64,000 nucleotides of DNA, taken from NCBI GenBank assembly GCA_021613535.1, contig CP075492.1, forward strand, positions 6,882,001 through 6,946,000, given 5' to 3'. Under the pieces are notes generated by a model. That model was not told where the DNA came from and searched no databases. It worked only from the letters and a program-made list of their open reading frames with translations. Both the position numbers and the translations under genes were made by a program. Shown piece after piece: positions 26,060 to 37,175 of the stretch (position 1 is the stretch's first letter; each line of letters opens with the position of its first letter). Origin of the DNA: Adineta vaga. Its lineage: Eukaryota; Animalia; Rotifera.

Positions 26060-27865
26060 ATGGCAACTTCGAATGTTAACAATTTAAAATATGATATTGA
26101 ACATGAACAAACATCCACCGAGGATGAATATTTGGATCAGCAAAGGAAACTTCGTGAAGATATTGAATGCATATTACAAACTCAAGATTTATTATGTCAA
26201 AAAGTGAAATCATTAATTTCACAAACATCTGCCGATATTCTATTCGATTTAATCCAAGAACTTTATGAATTCAAAATCAAATCTGAAGAAATCGAAAAAG
26301 CTGCAATTACAATTCAACAACAATTACAACATCTGATTAATGATGATACACAAGATTTAAAACAACAATTAATGGCAATATCAAATGGATACAATACCAA
26401 ATTAAATGATCGTTCAGAAAACGATATTGAACATTTAAAAAAAGACATTGAACAATTAAAATCATTCTTCGAAGAAATTAAACAACACAGTCGAAGAAAA
26501 CAATCACAAGAACAAAATCATCATCATCAACATCGAACAGTTACAACTGCTACATCACACTTGATTGGTATATCATCAGATAAACGTAGTCATCTATTAT
26601 CTCCTACGAGTTCTTCGAAAGAAGATGTTAAACCATCAGTGGATAATTTTACATCATTATCTCGTTTACTTGTTAGACAAGTCAGCCCATCGGTGATCGA
26701 TTTAAATGAAAAAGACTTTGATTTCGATACAGAACGTGTAGAAGAAAAAGAAAAAGTAATAGAAATCAACAGTTCTGATCCGACACCAAAAATCAATCAT
26801 AAAATTCGTCTTTCTAATAATATTGTCAAATGGTTACGTGGTCCATTGAAATTCGCTGTCGATGGTACATTCTATGTGGTTGATTTATTTGCACGAGGTA
26901 CACATATAAGTGATACTGTTATTAACGCTGTCAAACGAGGAGCTGCTAAACAAAAACAATTTTCATCAATAGAACAATCGACAGATGAATTATTTCGATC
27001 ACCATTTATTGAAATTACATCAGATTGGAAATATATTGGTGCGAATGAAGATCAAGGTTATAGTAGTGATTCATTTTGGATACGAGATCCTCAAAATCGA
27101 CGACTTCTCGTTAAAATACAAGATCATGCTCTATGTGCTGTCAACGAATGGTTAGCTTATGTATTAGGAAAACTACTCGGTTTACCTATCAATGAAGTAC
27201 AAATTGCAATTTATGAAACGAATCTTGTCACTTTACATAAAGATGTTGCTGAAGAAAATGAACAAACACTTACATTTATGGATTTACCAAAACAAATCCA
27301 AGAAACTGTTATTACTGATCCCTTATTAGAAGGAATGGATTTATTTGATCATATTATACAAAATGTTGATCGAAATCCACGAAATATTTTAATTACTTTA
27401 CCAAAAACAGCTTCGATTGAAGATGAAAATGCGAAATTAAAAATACATCTCATCGATCATTCGCCTTGCTTTGGCATGGGTAAACTCAATGGTCTCAGTG
27501 TTTTCGCAAATAAATTTCATAGTCAACATCTTGCAGTCGTCAAATTTGATCCAATAGGTCAAGCGAAAAAATTTGAACAATATCTTTGCAAACTACCAGT
27601 AGAAGATCGTGTATTGATAAGAAAAACATTGAATCGTTTTGCAGCTGTTACGGATGAACAAATTGATTGGTTAATAACTGAAGTACAAGATTTATTATCA
27701 GCTAGTCAATACAATCGTATACATAGTGTCTTATATCGACAACGTGATATTGCAAGACGCTATTCAATACAATGGGGTCTTCAAATTCGATCTCCAAGTG
27801 AAAAATCACATGGAAATGATCAGTTGAATAGCAATGAAAAAGATCTTGAGGATACGCATCTCTAA
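26060..27865 (+). CDS. Coiled-coil N-terminus plus atypical kinase of the HipA/CtkA (PI3K/PI4K-like fold) type, intronless
   Basis: LLVK (K at 27113), VNEWLAYVLGKLLGLP, FDHIIQNVDRNPRNILI (D at 27368), HLIDHSPCF (D at 27455). The first ~150 aa are heptad-rich in E/Q/L/K. Confidence 0.75.
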   Translation: MATSNVNNLKYDIEHEQTSTEDEYLDQQRKLREDIECILQTQDLLCQKVKSLISQTSADILFDLIQELYEFKIKSEEIEKAAITIQQQLQHLINDDTQDLKQQLMAISNGYNTKLNDRSENDIEHLKKDIEQLKSFFEEIKQHSRRKQSQEQNHHHQHRTVTTATSHLIGISSDKRSHLLSPTSSSKEDVKPSVDNFTSLSRLLVRQVSPSVIDLNEKDFDFDTERVEEKEKVIEINSSDPTPKINHKIRLSNNIVKWLRGPLKFAVDGTFYVVDLFARGTHISDTVINAVKRGAAKQKQFSSIEQSTDELFRSPFIEITSDWKYIGANEDQGYSSDSFWIRDPQNRRLLVKIQDHALCAVNEWLAYVLGKLLGLPINEVQIAIYETNLVTLHKDVAEENEQTLTFMDLPKQIQETVITDPLLEGMDLFDHIIQNVDRNPRNILITLPKTASIEDENAKLKIHLIDHSPCFGMGKLNGLSVFANKFHSQHLAVVKFDPIGQAKKFEQYLCKLPVEDRVLIRKTLNRFAAVTDEQIDWLITEVQDLLSASQYNRIHSVLYRQRDIARRYSIQWGLQIRSPSEKSHGNDQLNSNEKDLEDTHL

Positions 27866-28804
27866 GTAAAGAAAGAACATGTATATATAGTTTACCGATT
27901 TTTGTTAATCTAATCAAGCGTTATGTACATAAAAGTTTTTAATATTTGTTATTTCCATTATTTAAGGAGATGGTCTTGTACTAGGCCTTGAATTTTCAAA
28001 CAAATAAATTCTTTTTTTCTATCATTTGACCCTTCAACAATAATCTAAAGGACAGTACAAAACAGACGATTGCGAAGATATAATATATACATTTGTCGAG
28101 GGTAAGTACAATGATGAATTAGAGTAAACAAGAGCTTTGATTGATACATCGTTGACGTTTCTGGTAAAAACTCATAACATCATATTTTTAAAATCTAACA
28201 ATTCTATTCAAGCATTGATTTTGATCGGCAATATATTCATTAGTAACGATTACAAAGCTTCACTCGTTTGCAACTAGTTTTCAGTATGCTAAACAATGAT
28301 AAGTATGTATGTGACTCAAGTACTGATACATAACTGTGAGTCTAGTTGTTTCAGTTAAGTGTTTTCTTGTGTGAAGACAATTTCTCTTTTAGCACATTCG
28401 TACGCTTTAATCTTTTATTTAAAAGAAAGATTGTTGCTTAGGCAGACAAATGTTGCCCCTCATCCGCACAATTTCGTCATCGCAACATGTTTACGATCGC
28501 AAACGATCTCATACCTCTTGCAGTAAATGTAATAAGTAATCTGTCTTCATACAATGTAAAACGACATATTTCCTTTGCCCTCACTTATAACATAAAATAA
28601 AGATAAAGGAACAAAAGTATTGTTCATATACCACAACAACAACAACAACAAATTTATGAAGAACTGACCAATATTCTTGTGACTTAGAGAAAACAATGAT
28701 GCAAAATGGAAATGAAACTGAAATGAAAAGTGTAAAGATAATGTAGACGTCGTGTTTCACAAGATACTGAAGTGTTATTATTTATTACAACTTACCAAGA
28801 TATC

Positions 28805-30715
28805 ATGGCTACATCAAATATTACGGACGATATTAATTTACAAAATTTAAAAGTTGAAGAGTCAACAACAATAAAGTTCGAGGAAGCAACTGCAGAAAAA
28901 TCTCAAGCTGTGACTGAGCTACCATCGGTAGAAGAAGTCGAAAAAGCTCTGAAAGAATGGACAAAACAACCATTGAAAGCTAATCAACGTAAACCTGATG
29001 AAAAGATATTACCTAAACTTGATACAAGAAATGTATTGATTACTAGTGCCTTACCTTATGTGAACAATGTACCACATTTAGGTAATCTGATCGGATCATT
29101 ATTAAGTGCTGATGTCTTTGCACGTTATTGTCGGTTGAGAAATTATAATACTTTGTACATTTGTGGTACAGATGAATATGGTACAGCAACCGAAATGAAG
29201 GCATTTAAAGAAGATCGTACACCGCAACAAATTTGCGATGAATATTATGAAAAACATACAAAGATTTACGAATGGTTTCAATTAGATTTCGATTTCTTCG
29301 GACGTACATCAACATCAAAACAAACTGAAATTTCTCAAGATATTTTCTGGAAATTATATAAACGAAATCTCGTCACGAAAGATAAAGTTAAACAATTATA
29401 TTGTGAAACTTGTCAACGCTTTCTTGCTGATCGTTTCGTAGCTGGCACTTGTCCAGATCCTATTTGCAAGTATGATGATGCTCGTGGTGATCAATGTGAT
29501 AATTGCCAAAAATTAATCAATGCTGTCGAATTGATTTCACCGAAATGCCAAGTTTGTCGTAGTACGCCACTAGTCAAAACATCGGATCATTTATTTCTCG
29601 ACTTGCCTAAGTTAGCACCTGAGGTTCAAAAATGGTTTGACAAATCAATTAATGATGGACATTGGACAAATACAGCTAGTCATATTACGGACGCTTGGCT
29701 TAATGGTGGTCTTAAATCACGATGTATCACACGAGATCTGAAATGGGGCACACCAGTACCTTTAGAAGGTTATACTGATAAAGTTTTTTACGTATGGTTT
29801 GATGCACCAATTGGTTATCTTTCAATAACAGCAAATTACACGGATGAATGGGAAAAATGGTGGAAACAACCGGATAAAGTCGAATTATTTCAATTTATGG
29901 CTAAGGATAATGTTCCATTTCATTCCATTATCTTTCCTGCTTGTCTGCTCGGTTCACAAGACAATTATACTATTGTGAATCATCTTTCAGGCATTGATTA
30001 TCTTAATTATGAAGGTGCAAAATTCTCGAAAAGTCGAGATATTGGTGTGTTTGGTGATGATGCTCAAAATACAGGAATTGCAGCAGATATTTGGAGATTT
30101 TATTTGTTATACAATCGACCAGAAAGTCAAGATAGTAATTTCTTATGGAATAATTTAATGGCTAACAATAACTCACAATTAATAAACAATCTTGGCAATT
30201 TTATTCATCGAGTTATTCTTTTTTGTGAACAGTATTTCAATGGTAGAATCGGTGATGCATCAAAATTAGAAACACAACTTGATCAATTATTTGTTGCACA
30301 AATAACCTATGAATTAAATGCTTATGTAAAAGCTATGGAACGAACGAAATTACGTGATGGTCTTAATTGTGTCTTACGCATGTCTAGTTATGGCAATCAA
30401 TATTGGCAGACGAAAGAACCATGGGCAAAACGCAAAGGTTCTGAGACTGATCGTATCGATGCTGAAATAACTATTACTTTGGCACTAAATCTTGTTTATT
30501 TATTGTCACTGGTTCTTCAACCATACATGCCATCTACATCGAATGAAATTCGACAACAATTGAATATTGAGCAAACTATTTATGCTTTGGAAAATTCTTT
30601 TCGTTGTTATTTACCAATTGGTCATACAATTGGACAAGCTCGACCATTGTTTAAACCTGTGGAAAAAGCCCAGGCTGATGCTTTGCGTGAACGTTTTGCC
30701 GGTCAAAAGACATAG
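28805..30715 (+). CDS. MARS1: Methionyl-tRNA synthetase, cytosolic eukaryotic type, intronless, lacking N-terminal GST-like and C-terminal WHEP appendages
   Basis: ITSALPYVNNVPHLGN, CGTDEYG, four Zn-knuckle Cys pairs, RDLKWG.PVP, FYVWFDAPIGY, KFSKS, NNLGNF, PYMP. Confidence 0.95.
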   Translation: MATSNITDDINLQNLKVEESTTIKFEEATAEKSQAVTELPSVEEVEKALKEWTKQPLKANQRKPDEKILPKLDTRNVLITSALPYVNNVPHLGNLIGSLLSADVFARYCRLRNYNTLYICGTDEYGTATEMKAFKEDRTPQQICDEYYEKHTKIYEWFQLDFDFFGRTSTSKQTEISQDIFWKLYKRNLVTKDKVKQLYCETCQRFLADRFVAGTCPDPICKYDDARGDQCDNCQKLINAVELISPKCQVCRSTPLVKTSDHLFLDLPKLAPEVQKWFDKSINDGHWTNTASHITDAWLNGGLKSRCITRDLKWGTPVPLEGYTDKVFYVWFDAPIGYLSITANYTDEWEKWWKQPDKVELFQFMAKDNVPFHSIIFPACLLGSQDNYTIVNHLSGIDYLNYEGAKFSKSRDIGVFGDDAQNTGIAADIWRFYLLYNRPESQDSNFLWNNLMANNNSQLINNLGNFIHRVILFCEQYFNGRIGDASKLETQLDQLFVAQITYELNAYVKAMERTKLRDGLNCVLRMSSYGNQYWQTKEPWAKRKGSETDRIDAEITITLALNLVYLLSLVLQPYMPSTSNEIRQQLNIEQTIYALENSFRCYLPIGHTIGQARPLFKPVEKAQADALRERFAGQKT

Positions 30716-31317
30716 AGAATTAAATAAAGTCTTTGCTGCGATGACGAAAATAAGTGGATAGGTAGCAATGCCAGTCTACCAGAGCAACAATTTCTCTTAA
30801 AACAAAAGGAAATAAATAATCATAACTCATTTCTATATTAATGAAAAGATTTCTCTCTGCAAGAAAAAAGGAGATTAGGATACTTTTTTTTAAGAAGAAA
30901 GAATGACATAGAAAAGACGTATCTTTATCTATTTGTGCAAACTATTGCCGTAAGTCAAGATTTTTTTATAAGTTAATTATCTTTGTTCGTCTATTTGTCT
31001 GCTTCGCATTTCTTCGTCGTATACAACTGAAATCGAACGTTTGTCATCATCGTCATCAACAAACTCGATGTAGAGAGAAAACGATCTTATTATCAAGTCG
31101 ATTGTTTCTTTAAGTGTTCTAACTATGACGATCGATAGATCGATCGATTGACTGAATAGTCTAAAAGGATAACACGTATTGAAACAGATTGATTTCATTT
31201 TCACGCTTGCCAACATCGAACAATGACAGTAAATATGAAGAAAAGAGTGTCTCTAAATTGTATGTTATTAATAAAGAAGAAAACTGTCACATCTTTACGG
31301 ATACATTTATCTTACCC

Positions 31318-34300
31318 ATGGAGCATAGAACGTTTCGACGATCGATCGATGTTTCTGAATCAAAAATGATACGACGACCTGGCAATATGAATAAACGATC
31401 ATCATTTCACGATACCGTATATGAATAATAAATCTTGACTTTCTTGCAAATAAACTTTCTTTTTATTTAGGTTCTTCGTACTCAACAATTAGTACGTGTG
31501 TTGAAGACGATGAATACTGTTGGTGAAATTCGACGAGAAGATGTTTTTGGTTTGAATCTAGATAATAAACAACGTCATCGACGTTCAGGGACAATGGTAA
31601 AATAAAAAACAAAAGATTTCTTTTTAGTAATCATCAAATTAATAGGGATTTAGTACTCTAATGTGATAGAAATAATCAAATAAAGACTTGAAATATTCTT
31701 CTTTTCTACTATACATTCCTCTTGATGAGAAATCACGCTGTTATAGAAGTATGTGTTGCCAATTTATCAGTTCTTTGAATTGTCAAAAAGATGATTGTGA
31801 TTTGTTCTTGGATGAAAGAATAAGATGATTATAAGAGATAAGCAAAAGAGAAAGCGATTCATAATAAAATGCGTCGACCATCACGATTGTCTTCATTTGC
31901 TTCAGCTGAAACTCGAATTCATTTTCGCATTGATCGAGAACGTCTTTCCGTAATTAACCATCTTGACTTGAATGAAAAAGGAAAAATTCTTCATTTAGGC
32001 TGCATCTGAAGAAAGTAGTGAAACATCTAGTGTTTCACCTGTCTTAGATTCACAAGGACTTGTACCAGGAACAACAGCTAGTTCACGACGTATTGGTCAA
32101 CGATTTATTATTCTTCACTATTCACCTTTCAAAGCAGTGTAAGTTCATTAGCTGATCATTCATACAACATATTTTGATTTTGATTATCTCAGATGGGATT
32201 GGGTTGTTATTTTACTCGTCTTATATACTGGTATTATAACACCATATACAATTTCATTCCTATCTGAAGAAGATCAAAAACGAGCAAATTTAAATGCACA
32301 AGCAGTTACAAGAGAATTCAATCGAGAACGAACAAGTAATCATGTATTAGTTTTAATCGATGTCTTGGTAGATACAGTCTTTATTCTCGATATATTAATC
32401 AGTTTTCGGTCAGTTATTTTGTTTATGATTCTGTACGATCAATTCATCTTTCTATTTTTGTATTTTATTTAAGAACAACATTTGTTTTAAAAGAAACTAA
32501 TGAAGTTATAACAAATCCAATTTTAATTGCGAGACATTTTGTTATTGATTCATGGAGACGTTTCGGTGCCGATATACTCGGTGCTTTACCATGGGATATT
32601 CTTTTCTATGGTAATGGAAGCCATTTGGTAGGAAAAAAAACAAGTAGAAAAACTAATTTAAATAGTGTTTATTTTCTTATTGTAGACAATGCGACTAGCT
32701 AATTGTTTTAAATTAGCACGTCTTTTACGATTGATTGAATTTATTCGAAATTTTCAGAATACAGAATATCGATCAGCTGTTTTAATCTTTCTCATGCTTC
32801 TATTTGCTATAGCTGCACATTGGCTTGCTTGTATTTTTCATTTTATTGCGATTCTTGAAAGACCAAATCTACCGGTAAAATATTCTTGGTTAGATCATCT
32901 TGCACAAAAATATCAAATGCCCTATCGTGCAAATGATACATTGAGTGGACCAGATGTGAAATCGAAATATTTAACTGCCCTATTCTTTGCAATGACATCA
33001 TTAACATCCGTTGGATTTGGAAATGTTGCAGCAAATACGAATGGTGAAAAGCTTTTCTCGATTCTTTCAATGTTAGCTGGATCATTTCTAAGTGCATCAA
33101 TTCTTGGAAGTGTGACAACAATTATTATAAAATTATATCAAGGTGCAGAAGAATTAAAAGAAATGAAACAAAGTATTGATGATTTTATTAAACATCATCG
33201 TATTAATAAACAATTAGCTAAACGAATGGAAGATTCCTTTGAACATGAATGGAAAAATACAAAAGGAATTGATATGAATAGTATATTGAAAACATTTCCC
33301 GAATGTATTCAAGCAGATATATGTTTACATTTAAATCGTGAGTTATTAAATGATTGTCCAGTTTTTGAAGATGCAAGTGAAGTAACACTACGAGCATTAG
33401 CTTTACTTTTTAAATCAACACATGTTCCACCAAATGATGCACTTATTCATCAAGGTGATATTATTAATTCAATTTATTTTATTCGTGGTGGTCAAGTAGA
33501 AATCTTACAAGACAATGAATTACTTGTTATACTTGGTCGAAATGATACGTTTGGAGAAAATCCTTGTCGTACGATGAGTCCAGAAAAATCAAAATGTGTA
33601 GTACGAGGTTTAACTTATTGTACATTGAATAAAATTCATCGAGATGATTTACTTACTGTTTTACGACTTTATCCAGATTTTGCGAAATCATTTATCGAAC
33701 GATTTCGTCTAACATTTGATCTTCATCATTGTGAATTACATGAATCGAAACCATTCTATAAATTAGATGCAGATATTCAAATGTTAATCAAAGAACGTAA
33801 TCCAAAATTACAGAAAGATCGACGATTGAGTGTTTTAAGTCAACGAGAAGATGAAGCGAATCGTATAGCAAATTTACGTTCTTATCGTGGTCTTTGTAGA
33901 AGTACTGAACTTAGTATTGCACGATCGATTAGTACAACAATTGAATTATCTCCAGAACAAGCACAAATAACCGCCGAACATTTTGATTTTTGTCGAGACG
34001 GAAAACAAACGACACTATCAGTACCATCATCTCATAGTTAGTATCCGTTAAAGAAAAATAATCGTCTATAAATATTGTCGTATGATTTGTTTTTAGCTGT
34101 TTATTCAACACATCTTACAGTACCAAAAATAACAACAGCTGTTTTTCCAGAGAACTCATCGAAGTAAATCTTTTTTCAGTTTAGATGACGACAAAAGATT
34201 TTCTTTCTCTTTTGATAGTTCAATGCAACAATATGGAAATGGTTCGATACGAAATATGGTGGACGTAGATGCAGAATTAGGACTTCTACAGAAGTAATAT

Positions 34301-34534
34301 ACATAATTATGAAACTGTTCATCATAATAATCTCTTTTTTTATCGTGTTTTAGACGTGTTGATAATTTTGAACAAATTCTCCATGATAAGATGAAGATGT
34401 TATTTGACGCTGCTAATAATCTTGCTTTAGCAAATCTTTATCCTCAAACTAATAATCGGAACCAATCCATTGGAATAATAGACACTAAAAACTGTCTTTT
34501 AATCGATAGTTTACAACTTCCGAAAGATGAATGA
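31318..34534 (+). CDS. KCNH2: ERG-subfamily KCNH potassium channel without PAS domain
   Basis: ILHYSPFKAVWDW (ERG signature), TSVGFGN filter, FPECIQADICLHLNR C-linker and CNBHD. Exons start 31318-31416, 31471-31596, 31999-; alternative first exon 31869-31949. Confidence 0.88.
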
Positions 34535-35612
34535 AGGAGAATTATTTTTCGATTACTATTTGAACTGATTGTATGTCTTACTTTATGTAAATTAAGATCG
34601 TTTATGATATTAAATGATTAAATAATTGTTCTAATATTTGAACGGTTAGGAAGCATCCCCATAACAAACTATCTAAAACATATAGAATTTAAATAGAACT
34701 ATTGACACTAAATTAGTCGATAATATTATTCCTTCTTTTTCCTATTTGATACTATCTACATAGCCACGAAGACTATGCATGAAGAAACAAAATTTGCATT
34801 TGTGTGTGTACTTAAGAGAAAAGGAAATCAAACTATATTCACTAATTTACTTTATGATAGCCATGAGTGTAAACTTAAATCTGCTGATTTACATGTTTCT
34901 CTTCGTCTACTAAATTCGACTGTTTTCGTATTTCAAATATATGACGCATAGTTGCATCGTGGATAATGACGCCATCGTTCTGCCGTAATTCAAACAATGC
35001 CATTATCTCACTATTCAATGAATATATATTTGAAAGAAAAGTTGTTTTCTTTTTATCGAACAAAATAACAAATGATGTTCTCAAATAAATATTCGGTAGA
35101 CGTTGAAAATATCAAGATATTCAATTTGATTATATATTACGTTCAACAGCGATTCGTACAAAATAAACAACAGAAATTACGTGTCATAACTAATTGTTTC
35201 AAGTAAACTTTTAGAACAATCTCAAGGTAATTGAAAAGATATGAGTCATGGATTGGTTTTTACACCAGAAACATTACAGGAGATGAATGATTTACATATT
35301 GAATTTTGTCTCCCAAATGATGAATCAAAATGAACAGTTCAAAAACGTGCTATCGCTTTTTCTAAAATCCATCTTGGAATAAACAAAACAATTGAGTATA
35401 GAAGAAAATCGAGAATATACACGATTGATTACTCAAAATAATACAGCGATCAATGAAATCGTATTGAATCAACATGGAATCTCCATGGTGAAAATCAATG
35501 ATGATTACATATTATTTTTTTTAATAGAATTTCGTTATATTATATATTTTGAAAAGAAATTTCAATAAAACAAAGCATGTTTAAATACATATATATGACA
35601 AAAAACAAACTT

Positions 35613-36852
35613 TTAACTCTGAGAGATGATTTTTCGTTCAGTTGATCCAATAACAGACTCCATGATATCTGTATATTGTCGTGCTTTATGTGCTTCAACT
35701 ACTGAATCATTAACAAGAAAAAGACACCTGATTAAATTGGAGAAATATACAATAGCTTCATGAGAACTATGTTTATAAAGAAGATATCGCCATATTAAAT
35801 CTGTATAAACATCTTGAATACGAATGATTTCTTTTGCATTCGTTAAATTGTCAATAGATATATCGGAATAGTTCGTATAATTCGATATCATAAAAGCAAC
35901 AACTGCACATGTCATCTTCATTAATGGAATATCTGGATCAAGTTGATTAACTAAACGTTTAATTAATGCTACTGCAGATGGTTGAAAAATAAGTTCAGTA
36001 GATTCGAAGAATGTTGGCTGATCAAGTAATAGAGTTTGACGTAATACACAAGCGACACCAATACCTGTTGTATATTCTACTGTATGCCGAAGTAATGTAT
36101 TACGATCGTGTATAGATATCGAAAGAAGATCACGATTCTTTTCAAAACTTAATTGCACATTTGTCATCATTAATGTATAAAAATTGTTTACTGATGTATA
36201 TTTAAAACGAAATTTTGGTGGTAGTGCATTTTGTTCATCCATAAAATTCTGAATAAATGGAAGGCCACTGTATTCATCAAAAGAATGTACTATATTAGAG
36301 ATCTGATTCCATTGATCGACACTTAATGTGGATAGATCTGCTCGTAAGAGATTTAATGTAGGAATCTAAGGAAACAAAAGAAAATATGATTTAAAAGTTT
36401 CGAAACTTATAGTATATAAATCTTACTAATGGTGGTTCGTTTATTCTAACTAGAGCTGTTGATGTTGAAGTTTTGTTTTCATCTTTATTATGTTTAGCAG
36501 TTTGAGGAGCTCGAATCATGTCAATCGACATTCCATTTGCGAAACATTTTACTAATCGACAATACGAACATGTTCGACGACTATTAAAATCAATTTCACA
36601 ATTTCCATTATAATTACATTTTAATGATGTCTGTAAAAGAAAAAGATTAATAGAAGCGAAACAATTTAGGTTTATCCAACAACTAACCGATGGTTTTTCA
36701 GCATTTCGTCGAAAAAATGTTTTACATGAACGACAAGCAATTGCACCGTAGTATGAATATTGAGCAGATGCACCACAAGTTTTACAAACACGTAAACCTT
36801 CTGCCGTTGTTGTTGGTGGTACTTTTGATGTATCTTTAGTAGTCTCATCCAT
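35613..36852 (-). CDS. Nuclear hormone receptor (divergent NR1-like)
   Basis: DBD: CKTC..YYGAIACRSCKTFFRR and C.YNGNC..RRTCSYCRLVKCFANGM. The LBD is in exon 3 (36365-35613). Two introns. Confidence 0.9.
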
Positions 36853-37036
36853 TATCTGCACTGATAAAATAAATTCAATTTCAGGTTAGTGAAGAAGAAT
36901 TGACAAGGTGAATGAAGTTGGAAAAGACAGTGCCGACATATATAAAGAGAAAATACGAACGTGTCGAACTGTATACGATGTATGTAGTTCAAAGGAACAT
37001 TTTTGTGTTCGAGGTGCACAAATAAAATGTCGAATA

Positions 37037-37051
37037 TGACCTCGATGATCT
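37037..37051 (-). promoter_or_regulatory. Putative DR3 nuclear-receptor response element (AGATCA-tcg-AGGTCA); second copy at 37362-37376
   Basis: TGACCT cga TGATCT on the + strand, inside the invariant block of the duplicated promoter, about 190 bp upstream of the receptor ATG. Confidence 0.5.
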
Positions 37052-37115
37052 CTTTTGTATGGGTGACTTAATATCTATTTCCACATTCTTTTTAAACATA
37101 ATCATTTTCGTTATT

Positions 37116-37175
37116 TCAACATGCATTACAAATACGTGTAGCTGTTGTTGATGTATCTTTCGTAGTCTCTTCCAT
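37116..37175 (-). pseudogene. Truncated nuclear receptor paralog remnant (MEETTKDTSTTATRICNAC*)
   Basis: Matches the N-terminus of the intact gene (MDETTKDTS...RVCKTC) and stops right after the first CxxC, at the duplication junction. Confidence 0.75.

Noticed and set aside
28805-30715. MetRS as a bacterial horizontal transfer
   Set aside because: The motifs (YVNNVPHLGN, KFSKS, post-GST linker) are eukaryotic cytosolic and metazoan-like.
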